A stretch of 64,000 bases of DNA, from assembly GCF_000150275.1 (NCBI RefSeq), contig NW_002060961.1:1272569-1336568 (forward strand), in the 5' to 3' direction. Origin of the DNA: Trichoplax adhaerens (Eukaryota; Animalia; Placozoa). The notes under the pieces were generated by a model. The model searched no databases, was not told where the DNA came from, and worked only from the letters and a program-made list of their open reading frames with translations. A program made the translations under genes and the position numbers. Each line of letters starts with the position of its first letter. Positions within the stretch are counted from its first letter, which is position 1. Below, one piece after another: positions 53,365-64,000 of this stretch.

Positions 53365-54463
53365 ACTATACTGAATTATACATGAAATTGACGTTGGCAT
53401 TTCGGCTCGCAGGTATAAATCGCGAAGAAAAAATCTTAAATTAATTGCAGAATATCTTATAGTATTGGTATCGGCTGTTAATTGTTTTTCCGGAGGATGA
53501 ATAAATTCATAATGTGGATACTTTGTAATTAATCGATCAATAAGCCATGGTTCATCAGTAACTACAAATATTCGTCTTTTAATAATGATTTTGCGCTTAG
53601 ATAAACCATTAAAATATGCATTCACTTTAATCATATATCGATCAATATCGAATATTTCGTTCTCCGTTTTTTTATCAGAACGCCTAATATGTAGACCAAC
53701 AATAGGTGATTGAAATTTGAATTCTTTTCGAGATTGATCTATCAATTGTTTTAAGTCACTACTAGGTTGTATTATGTATTGGGCTAGAACACCTATCCAC
53801 CAAGCTACAGGATCACATTTATATTGAACAACATCGTAAAATAGTTTTCTCGGCATACCATATCGGCAAATTGCAGGTGCTTTACCAAAATTTTGATATA
53901 GCAACCCAACTCTTTGCAATCTTATAATCTGAGGAATCTTATCAGAATTATTTTTAGCCAAGTTGTTGTCATAAATACGACTTGTCCATTTGACAGCCTT
54001 TTTGGCATTAGTTGTCACAATGTCATCTAACGTCGGTAGACTTGCATACGAATTACATGAAGTTATTTATAGTCAATCTCGAGGTCGACATTTTGCATCG
54101 CTTGATTTAGATTATCATGTTTTCGGATTTACTGCTAGCGGTGAAGGTCCATGGATTATGCAAGCCAAGAAAGATTGCGCTAGCAATGGGTCTGGTACTA
54201 TTGATTTACTCAAGGGAGATTTGTTAGATTCGTGTGTATCCATAAAGGAAAAGAAAAACATAGTCTATGGTTATTCTAAACGTTTAAAAAAGTTCGGACA
54301 CTTCCATCAATCATGTCTTTATTACCTTGCAGATAATCAAGACTATCCAGATTATAGCAAATCAGACGGATGGTATCAACAGCATATACCTGATATGAAA
54401 AGAATATCTACATTAGGGAATATTTGCATGAAATCGTCGATAACTGACATTGGTGTAATATAA
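53365..54463 (+). pseudogene. FUT8: FUT8-like copy B with an inverted catalytic segment (~53401-54009) and a missing block
   Basis: Minus-strand ORF carries WWIG, VGLHIRRSDK, IFVVTDE, DLYLRAE; its direct continuation LVVTMSSNVGRLAYE plus the SH3-like domain lies on the plus strand from ~54008; plus-strand acceptor ttttctacag ends at 53364. Confidence 0.85.
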
Positions 54464-56413
54464 ATTTACTCTATAAAAAGTATCCCATAAGTGAGGTACT
54501 ACGTTTGTTAAAATGAGAATTTTTTATAGTCATTTAATAGTTACTTACTGTTCAAGGGGCTATTCCAGTTTTAAACTAGATGTGCATTAATTTCTTTATT
54601 TTATAATTATAATTGACATCATTTGAAAATGCATTAGCGTTGTATATTGTAAACCAGACTTTTATATTTCAGGTTAGAATTCATGATAATCAGTACCATA
54701 ATTTTTTGTTAAGATACTGTGAGTTTGTAATTCAAGCGATGTACTCGCATTTAGTCAATCGAATAAATATGTGCTAATTTTGATCATTAATTACAGTAGA
54801 ACATAAAAGTTACTTTATAATTCCATATAGCATGAACCCAAACGTTTAATCTGGGTTCTAACTTAAGATTGTTTTTCTGTCTTAGTATTCAATGTAGAAA
54901 TCTAGAATTTTCAACTGAAATATGATTAAATTAATTCAGTAATTTCGGAAATCTAGGGTATAATCTATTTACATCATGTGTGTTTGATTGCTAGTTTAAT
55001 TTTGAGCAGTTTAGAATGATAATTGGATATTCTAATATCACCAAAAGCTCTGCATGGCATGTAAAAGGTGGCGTAGTTCGATAGTTTAGTACAGTTGAAA
55101 ATAGATAAGACAAAAAGCCTAGGATAATTGTGAGTTATCTCTTTAATTAATATTGTAGTTTTTGGAGTAAGTAGTCCGGCACATATTTTGTTACTCCTTA
55201 AAGAATTTTGCTAAGATTGCTATTAAAGTATAATAGAATGATAGTTGCCCCCTTATTTACTTCGTTTGGACTTCAGTCGTTGGTATTTTAACTTAGTTTT
55301 TTGTCCAACATTACTTATAAATCGCATGGAGACCGACTGATTGAATATATAAGTATTTAGTAAATTCAAATCAAGATGAATCGTCAAAGTTAGCAAAAAT
55401 TATGGTAGTATGTTCGTATGTAAGTATTTGTCAGCTGTTATTTTACAGTAGTAACTTCAATAATACGAGTGATAATTTGGTGGGGGTCAGTATTCAGTAA
55501 TATATTTGATATTGAACCTACTTGTTACGGTTTAAGATATTATGTGATAATGTTATTGAAGAAGAAATACACGGTTACGATTAGATAATCATAAATATTA
55601 TGATCTGTTAATATTGTGAGATTCAATCGTTAATGGACTTCCATTAACGAATGTGTAGAAGTAAGGTACTTAATATGCCAATGACATGTAATAACCAAAA
55701 TGGCGGTTGTCACACTTGTAGGGAATCTGTTAGATCTTAAATTGTTAATTGGCGCTATAATATTATTAGCGCATAATAATATCAATTATCACATATTTGT
55801 TCGATAGTAATTAATAGGATTACAAAGTTATAGAAAAGACTAAGTTATGCATAAGAATAATTAATAGGTGGAAAAGGTGTAGATTTGATACAAGTATATA
55901 AGAGGTTGTAATTTACCTCGCTAGGGAGGAGGAAAATACGGAGACCTAATAAAGTTAGTTTAGTAAATTTATCCAAACGCTTCTAGTCCGCCTTTACTGT
56001 TGACTGAGGTCCTTCGCTGAAGTGGAGCGAGTAGTGACGCCTGGTGGCAGTTTTACGGTAGGACAGAGGAGAGTAGGATAAGTGTGGAACTGGAATCCGA
56101 TTGTTGCAAACGACGTTGTGACACTACTATAAAATTTATATCACCTGATGCTCCACGTACTGTACAGTAGTTGGGAAAAAGTTGGTAAAGAATACCTATA
56201 TAGAATGCTCCACATTATAGTTAGAGACTGTCCACATAGAATGATTGGTAAAGAATATTCCTGAAAGTTTATAAAACAAATTAGGCAATACCACATAACT
56301 TTAACCCCAAATTTGCTCACTTAATTAAGGCAAACGATCAATCTAAATGATTAGACAATATAACACAAATTAAACCACGAAATTTGTAGCTCAATTGATC
56401 AAATCCTATCAGA

Positions 56414-56540
56414 NNNNNNNNNNNNNNNNNNNNNNNNNNNNNNNNNNNNNNNNNNNNNNNNNNNNNNNNNNNNNNNNNNNNNNNNNNNNNNNNNNNNNNN
56501 NNNNNNNNNNNNNNNNNNNNNNNNNNNNNNNNNNNNNNNN
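56414..56540. other. assembly gap (127 N)
   Basis: N run. Confidence 0.95.
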
Positions 56541-56544
56541 AGCA

Positions 56545-56771
56545 ATTTCATTAACCGTTCATATTATTTGTTGTAAATTACAAAGTGCAANGTTTTCTAC
56601 AAATCTAGTGTACATAAGCATATTCAAAAGCAAACTATATCGCTTTATTATTTTCGTGAAGAGATTTACGATATCTGTAGATTATATTAAGCAATTTAGA
56701 TTATTTTATGCAGAAATTAGCAAATAGACTATCATTAACTTTCACATTACGACCTGATGATCGGATTAAGA
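56545..56771. repeat. left arm of a ~226-bp inverted repeat (partner 59502-59727)
   Basis: atttcattaaccgttcatattatttgttgta...ctgatgatcggattaaga is the reverse complement, with scattered mismatches, of 59502-59727. Confidence 0.9.
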
Positions 56772-58960
56772 GTAAATCCCTTGCAATAAACTATAAAAAG
56801 CTTTTAATTTCTTTAATAGAAAACAATATGGCTAATTCCATGCGGTGATACGAGTAATTATTAGATCAAAGGCAGCAGAGACAACGAATAAAATACTCCT
56901 CGTTCATTCTTTATAGAGCAATGTTACGTTTTCGAAGATCTTCTTTTACTCAGTAACAAGGAAGATTTCGTAATATCTTCTGATGAGTCTAGTAGAGCTA
57001 GAGTATTAAACTAAACTTTATTGTTTTAAAACAACGTTTAATAAATGAAGAGAACCGCCGCTAGCGTACCTTGTTTTCGTCCTTTTGACTTTTGTTTTGA
57101 CTTTTTAGAGCCAATCAAGTTCGCTATTGGCTCTTAGCTTCATCTCCTACTAAGTAGGTAATCCTCGGCTTGTGCTGTAACCAATCTAAATCAATCAACA
57201 CGGGCAAACCATGATCTCGCAACCGGTCCAATATAGCGCTAACATTAAATTTAAAAATATCTAATTCCGATGCAGATCGTAATATTACAATACGATAAAA
57301 CTGCTGCTGACGATATAATTTAATAACTCTTGACAGACGTAAATTTTACCGTCGAAAAATTCCCAGTTAGTATTATATGGTCTTCGCAAAGGATAGGATG
57401 TGTGTTATAGTACGTGTATAAGTTTTCCTATTGTGTTATTTCATCCGGGGAAGATGGTTAAGGACAGGGTATTAGTCGATTTATCCCGTGATATTTCGAA
57501 TACTATTGTAATGAAATTTAAAGTGTAGAAACCAAGCTACTAAATTTCTAACAAACTATGATTCTACTTTCTTAGCATTCTGGTCGACTTTACAAAACTT
57601 TGACTCCAAATAAAATTGGGGAAACAACCGATCCATAATTTACTAAGAAAATATCAGAGAGTCTGATCAAACAACCTTCCAAATACTTAATTATATGTAT
57701 TATAAGTAACGAATTAAAAAATGACAGAACTAAAACTGTCATCAACCAAACAACCTAACAAGAAGGAGAATGCTTTGACTTAAAACAGTTCGACCCCAAA
57801 GGCCTTTAAATTTCAAAAAATTCCTTAAAAGAATCTTCTTTTGCTCTCTGCTCTAAATCTTCTGATTGCACTATCATTTTTAGGCTTCGCAGAGCCCTTA
57901 AAGGTACTTAAATCGAAATATTTACTAACCAATCACTCTTAAGATCCATTTTAGAAAACTACTTTGAACCACTTAAGAAAATAAAAATCATTCAAAGTTC
58001 AGACACAAATTGCCTTATGATTCCCTTAAACTACGGTGAGACGCAAGCTATCTACAAGGAATCAGAGCAAAGAATCTGTGTTATCAAAAATCTGACGCAA
58101 TTACTGTAGATAGAAGTCTTCGATGATATGTTAAAGCCCATAGTGTTATCGATCATGGTAGAGATTGTATAGAGTATATATTACATTTTCTTATAATTTT
58201 CTTTTAATAAATAAATTGTTTTGTCGTTTCTAACTGATGAGATAAGAAGACGATACGATAATATAAAGTCTGTTATAAGAGAATCGTAAACAATTCTATC
58301 GGAATCTTGCTGTAATAATATTTGAACATTTATGATAGCACATCATAATCCAATACTAACAGGCGATCTTAGTTCACGCCATCCTTTTTTCATTATACGA
58401 ATTAGAAATTTCTATTGCAAAATTGAACATATGATTTTATTCTAGAAGTTGACAATGATTTGCAGGGAAATCAATTTATTTTACAGATAACGATAGCTAC
58501 ACTTAATACGGAGCCTACCCGAGACCTATATTCTACCGGTGAGAATCATCTTAATAAGAGATGTAGAACACAATGTGTTCGAAACGTCCATCATGAAATA
58601 AAAGTATCACTATTATATATAAATCAACACTTAAGGTATTAAATTTAAATAGTTGATGTTAATACATGTATACTTAACTACGCACTAGTTAGGCTCGATT
58701 TTTCTACAATTAATAAAAAGATCTTTTGTTGTATATTTACGGAAGAAAATCAGCAATACTTATATATGAGAAGAAGAGTTTATTAACTAAATGAATAATT
58801 TAATGTTTCAATGATTGATTAAAGTATCTTATACCTTAATTGATGGAATAGTTACTAATAAATAAATTTAAAATTATATCCAGTCACTTAATAAACTATC
58901 GTAAAAATTAAAAGATTAAATTTAGCGAATTTAACATTTGTATATGGTGATTGCAATTAA

Positions 58961-59326
58961 TTACTGACAGTAGGAATCACTAAAGTTATAATATATTCAA
59001 GTGAATTGTATGATGTACTGTAATAAATAGAATGCAATTTTACTGAAATGATTCTGTGAATATACATACTGTAATTTAACTTTTTAAAATTAGTCTATAG
59101 ACGTCCATATCTAGAAGTGCTATTGCAAGATGACTTATCAATGTAAGCTACCACCGAAGAAACTTTAAGCTCGGCAAACAGTTAAGTAAAATTAGTTCTT
59201 TAGTTGTGCAACAAAGAATCAAAGGCATTCAAGTTTTTATGAATAGTCAAGGGATAATGTATTTCAGAGACTTTAGAAATGTAGTGATTTTTTTATGTGA
59301 ATATCGTCATAAAGCTGGTTTGTGAC
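58961..59326. repeat. diverged direct repeat of 62984-63343 (intron 1 of FUT8-like copy C)
   Basis: Shared ordered anchors tactgaaatgattctgtgaat, aagatgactt, agaatcaaaggc, aagggata, aagctggtttgtgac. Confidence 0.8.
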
Positions 59327-59501
59327 GTATGTGCTCACTCTATAAAGAATAAAAGAGGAATATTTTATTTGTTGTCTCTACTGTCTTGATCTATTATTTA
59401 TCACTGCATGGAATAAGTTATGTTTTTTTCTATTGAGGAAGCTATATTGTTAACTATTAAAGAAAACAAAAGCGTTCTATAGTTTAATTATGCGAGATTT
59501 A

Positions 59502-59727
59502 TCTTAATCCGATCATCAGTTCGTAATGTAACAGCTAATGATAATCTGTTTGCAACTATCTGCATAAAATAATCTAAATTGGTTAATATAATCTACAGGC
59601 ATCGTAAATCTCTCTAGGGAAATAGTAAAGCGATATAGTTTGCCTTCGAAAATGCTTATATACTCTAGATTCGTAGAAAATTTGCATTTTGAAATCTACA
59701 ACAAATAATATGAACGGTTAATGAAAT
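59502..59727. repeat. right arm of the ~226-bp inverted repeat (partner 56545-56771)
   Basis: tcttaatccgatcatcag...tacaacaaataatatgaacggttaatgaaat. Confidence 0.9.
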
Positions 59728-60332
59728 ATGAAAACTTTAATTGATAGCTGCAATAGCGCCATCTTATACTTATGTTATGTGCTCCATTTCCCTGAATAAT
59801 TGAAGATATAACTTCAGTCGAGCATGTTCAGCTCACCCATTTAGATTTTTACATCCGTATATCCAATCACGAAAGATTATAGAACAATTTCTTATCTCAG
59901 ACAATTAACGTAGAAATATTTGTTTTTATCATTTATTGATTTGCTAATAGAGAAGCATTACAGCTAATAAATTTAAGGTTTAGTGAGTGATTAATATCAA
60001 AAGGAGCTTCCAAGATGTTTAAAATTGCGAAGTTAAGGTTAGCTATCCGTCGTCAAGTTATCTATATATAGACTTGAATTACTTACATAATATTATGTAG
60101 TACATGCGAAATAAATATGATTCATTTATGCCAAAATGTAATAAAGCGTCTTCTCAAAAATAAAGTAAGAACTATCATTTCTTGTAATCTTAACTTTATT
60201 ACATAAGTTAGGCTCATCTAACCAATTACAGTACTTCTAAGGTAGAATGCGTGTAAAGAGGGTAGAAATGCGAACTATAATTATTAGGAGGGAGGGTGGA
60301 ATACTAGTAACCATGGATGGTATCTTTATATA

Positions 60333-63300
60333 TTATACTTGATAATTACGGTCTATAATCAAAGATTTTGAACAAACGTTATCCATAATATATGTCTGGT
60401 TTCTATCTATCTCATCCCAATGTAGAGATTTATCTACTTCTTTATAATCTGGATAGTTCTCGTTGTCAATTAAATAAGTGACACACGATCGTAGAAAATA
60501 TCCTGATTTCTGTAAACGTTTAGAATAACCATAGTACATCGTTTTAGATTGCGTAGAAGGTATACATGAATCGAGTAGATCACCATTAACAAGATTAATA
60601 CTATTAGTTGAAGCACTAGCACAACTTTGATTAGCGCGCATAATCCATGGACCATGATAACTAGTAAATTGCCCAAATATAAAATACTTATCATCAAGCG
60701 AGACAAAATGTTGACTCTTTGTCTGACTATAAATGACTTCGTGTAATTCATATGCAAGTCTACCAATATTTGATGACATAGTAACAACTAAATAATCATA
60801 AATTTAATTGATTTTTTGGAGGCTAGTAGAAATACATCTCGAATAAAGTATTTTAACGGATGAACAAATTGATAGTTTGGATACTTTGCTATTAGTTGAT
60901 CAACAAGTTGTGGCTCATCAGTGACTACAAATATTCGCTTTTTAAAATTGACTTTTTGACTAACTAAACGATCATAGAATGCTTTGACTTTGATGATGTA
61001 TTTGTCAATATTGAAGAGCCTTGTCTCAAGCTTTTTATCAGTATGTCTAATATGGAGACCAACAATCGGCGATTGAAATCGTAATTTTTTCCTAGATTGA
61101 TCGATAAATTGCTTAAACTTATCATTTGGTCGTACAATGTATTTAGATAATAATCCTATCCACCAAGCTATAGGCTTATATTTAAAGTTGATAGCGTTAT
61201 AAAAGAGTTCAGAAGGCATCGTATTATGACAAATTTTGGGAATATGTTGTTTCTGTCGCTCTATCAGAACATTATGCATTAATCGAATAATGGATATATT
61301 GTGGCTATAAATTGATTCATTTTTAAATTTAGGCCATGTTACTGCAATCTTAGAATCATAATCTGTAAGTTTACACTTTGAAATAGGTTGAAATAAATCT
61401 TCAAATCCATTTACACCTTCTGAGCTCATAGGTCTAACACCTTTCAAATACTCCCATTTCTTGAGATCAATCACCATAGTACGATTAGTATTATAGGCAA
61501 AATTTAAGCAATAAGACCAGTGATGAATTGTCGACCCCATTCCAGCACCCCATGCATCACAAATAACTTTTTTAGTAGTCGAACAATCGATAGGATACTG
61601 TAAATAATCGAGATGATTACGAACAGTTTCGGAGAGATCCAAGCATTTTATTTTCAGCAAGAATAATAAAAACTGCATTAATAATGTAATCAAATACATA
61701 ACTATTTCTCTTATCGTATCTACAAGTATTGATTTAAAATCAAGCCACAATATTCTTACCCAATTCGTACTTGCTTTCGAAGGTTGATGAGGTTTGTCTT
61801 TTGACTTTTCATTTAACTTTGGTGTATTCTGAATCGATGTATTTGAAACAGGTTCTAATTGAATCTTTAATGTTGGATGAATTGTGTTTTGGACAATAAC
61901 AGATCCCTTTTTTGATGTTTGCATCGGTTTATGCTTAAAAGTAGATGATTGCATTTCATATGTCGATATTCGATTAATAAGTGAATTAGGCTGAGTATTC
62001 AGTTTACTATTAGTTTTACTTCTAGATTTATGTTGCGAAGTAGAAGCCGATGAAGAAATGCTATTATAGTCGAGAAAAGAGGTGGGATTGACAATAGTTT
62101 TAGCTGTAGCTTTGGATGTTCGAGATGAGCGTAATATTTTGGCGATGCTAGATGTAGATTTAGCAATCATTTTTGTCATCAATCGAAAAGTTTTAGGATC
62201 GATAGACGTTCTAATTTTATTATTAGATTTAGTAGCTAATGTAGAAATTGGAGCATTTCTGGATATCGATTTCGAAACTAACTTTGATAGATAACTTTTA
62301 GTAGGATTTAGTTTTCCTTTTAATAGACGACAGCTTGTGATAATAGAAACTGAAGTAATACCTGCTTTCGATTTTGAATTTTGGCGAATTGTTACACGAT
62401 ATTTTGTAGACGCAGCAACCACACTTCGAGCAGTGTTAAATTTACGAATTGATCGGAGATAAGAAGCGATAGTCGGCTTAGGGTGACGAACTGATTTAAG
62501 ATTTTTCGATATTGAATTTATTTTGGAACCAGTTACATTATTCACAATAAGCTTTAATGTCGATTTCGATTTGGATATAGGATTAGATGCAGGTTTTTTG
62601 TCTTTATAAGCTGAAGCATTCCTATCCTTATCTAGTAAATTATACCAGAGAGAGATTAGACATCGTTGAATAGATTAACGGTGTGCAATCTTAATTTGCT
62701 GTACTTAATTTCGACAATTTTTACTGTATTCTCGTTTATATTAGTATAACACAAAATATTATATTTTATTAGCATTTGACAAATTGATAAATGTGATAAC
62801 TAGACAATGATTTTATATTGATAGTAATGAATTATTATGTTTTGATCTGCGGATTAAAATGATTTCGTAAAGAGGGCGAATTCGAAACAGTATGGGATAT
62901 GCTTGTCACGGTACGAACTACCGTGAAGAAATAGATATCTAAATTTGGTTAATATAATATAGTGATATTATATTACAACTAGTCACTTACAATAGGAATT
63001 ACTCTAATTATAAATGTGTTACAGTAAATTTATTGCTGTGCTGTAATGTATACTGAAATGATTCTGTGAATGGACATATTGTAGTCCGACTGTGAAAAAC
63101 TAGTTAGTAGATGTTCTCATCCAAGTATTTTTATAAGATGACTTGTGAATGTTAGCTGCTGTAGAAGGGTATATAAGCCCGTCAGATAGTTGAATAAAGC
63201 AGTTCTCAATTGTATAGTTATTTTAACGTAGAATCAAAGGCGTCTAAATTCTTGTGAGGTAGTTAAGGGATACTGAATCCCGGAGACTATAGTAATTTAG

Positions 63301-63968
63301 AGATTTGTTTTACGTTATCCTTGTCACGAAGCTGGTTTGTGACAATGCTATACTTATATTCATATTTGATGCAATAATGGATCCTACCATTGAACTAATG
63401 ATTTATGATACCAACATGTAGCACTAGATAATGATTGAGAGTGAAAATCAAGTGAATAACAGTTAACATGTTAACTAATGAATAGTAGTCATTATTGCAA
63501 AATTACAATTTTAATATTTTAGTGATAGTTATCGATTGCAAAAGTTAAGAGGTAATTTACAATAGTATTACGTAAGGCTATATGAAATATTTTCGAACGC
63601 TGTGAAGCTATCTAAATGGAACATGTTTATTAGCTTGCTTATAAATCTGTGGAAATATCCAACTGTGATAAATCTGTTATAACCCCAGAGTTAGGTGCAG
63701 ATAGAAGTAATCTATGATAAATCAACGAATACAGTATATTGTATTATAGTAAAACCTAACCAGACATTGAGAACATGATGATATTATTTTTGAAATGTTG
63801 TATCCTACCGAATTGCTTAGAATTACCGGAATTTAGATCGATTTTCTTCCATTGAATATTTCCAATTTGTAAATAGTTTTGATATTCTTCCATGTGGCAA
63901 TAGATTGTCCACAGTAAAATGATACAAGCCAAGGAGATTGCATACTTACAGAGTTTTCTTAGCTTCAT
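60333..63968 (-). pseudogene. FUT8: FUT8-like alpha-1,6-fucosyltransferase copy C: type II membrane anchor, long Ser/Thr/Lys stem, GT23 domain, SH3-like domain; frameshifted in motif III
   Basis: Exon 1 63968-63761 (MKLRKLCKYAISLACIILLWTIY, phase-1 donor). Exon 2 from 62631 is in frame with ORF 62545-60788 (YLQYPIDC, GSTIHH, FEDLFQPIS, WWIG, VGLHIRHTDK, IFVVTDE). Possible 87-nt in-frame intron 61759-61673. Continuation YDYLVVTMSSNIGRLAYE...YPDY is in another frame from 60800 to the stop at 60333. Confidence 0.85.
62984..63343. repeat. diverged direct repeat of 58961-59326
   Basis: Same anchors as the 58961 copy; ends in a short hairpin ttgtcacgaa-gctgg-tttgtgacaa. Confidence 0.8.
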
Positions 63969-64000
63969 GGTTAAGAAGAATCTTTAAGATTCGGACTTAA

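Noticed and set aside
53990-54018. Overlapping divergent ORFs as a bidirectional gene pair or phase-variable switch
   Set aside because: They are consecutive parts of one FUT8-like protein; sequence is missing, and there are no inverted recombination sites or recombinase.
24202-63968. Functional linkage between the sequon-rich GPCR ectodomain and the neighbouring fucosyltransferases
   Set aside because: Only proximity supports it, animal gene order rarely implies pathway, and all FUT8 copies here are broken.

Overview
Eukaryotic, AT-rich, short-intron draft genomic DNA from an invertebrate animal. The compact gene style suggests a placozoan such as Trichoplax, but that is inference. It has two N-gaps, and no rRNA, tRNA or CRISPR features. 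Contents in order: (1) an intronless pogo/Tigger-type (CENP-B/TIGD-like) ORF that runs off the left edge on the minus strand, is missing from the ORF track, and has an altered third catalytic residue; (2) two tandem two-exon VLCAD/ACAD9-family acyl-CoA dehydrogenase genes, with a third, more canonical paralog at 48.8-50.9 kb preceded by two DR1 nuclear-receptor elements; (3) a ~41-exon, ~3000-aa adhesion GPCR that the ORF track shows only as fragments, reconstructed by hand as signal peptide-Ig-IgGFc_binding-Ig-IgGFc_binding-Ig x3-FN3 x9-Ig-HRM-GAIN/GPS-7TM-tail with an ITIM-type tyrosine motif, where three symmetric phase-1 ectodomain exons are broken and all HRM-to-tail exons are intact; (4) a decayed EGF-repeat relic; (5) three FUT8-like fucosyltransferase copies, each broken differently (point decay, internal inversion, local segment shuffle), two of them at the same motif; (6) several diverged tandem and inverted repeats. 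The strongest candidate for an undescribed system is the IgGFc/Ig/FN3 adhesion GPCR with an immunoreceptor-type tail.
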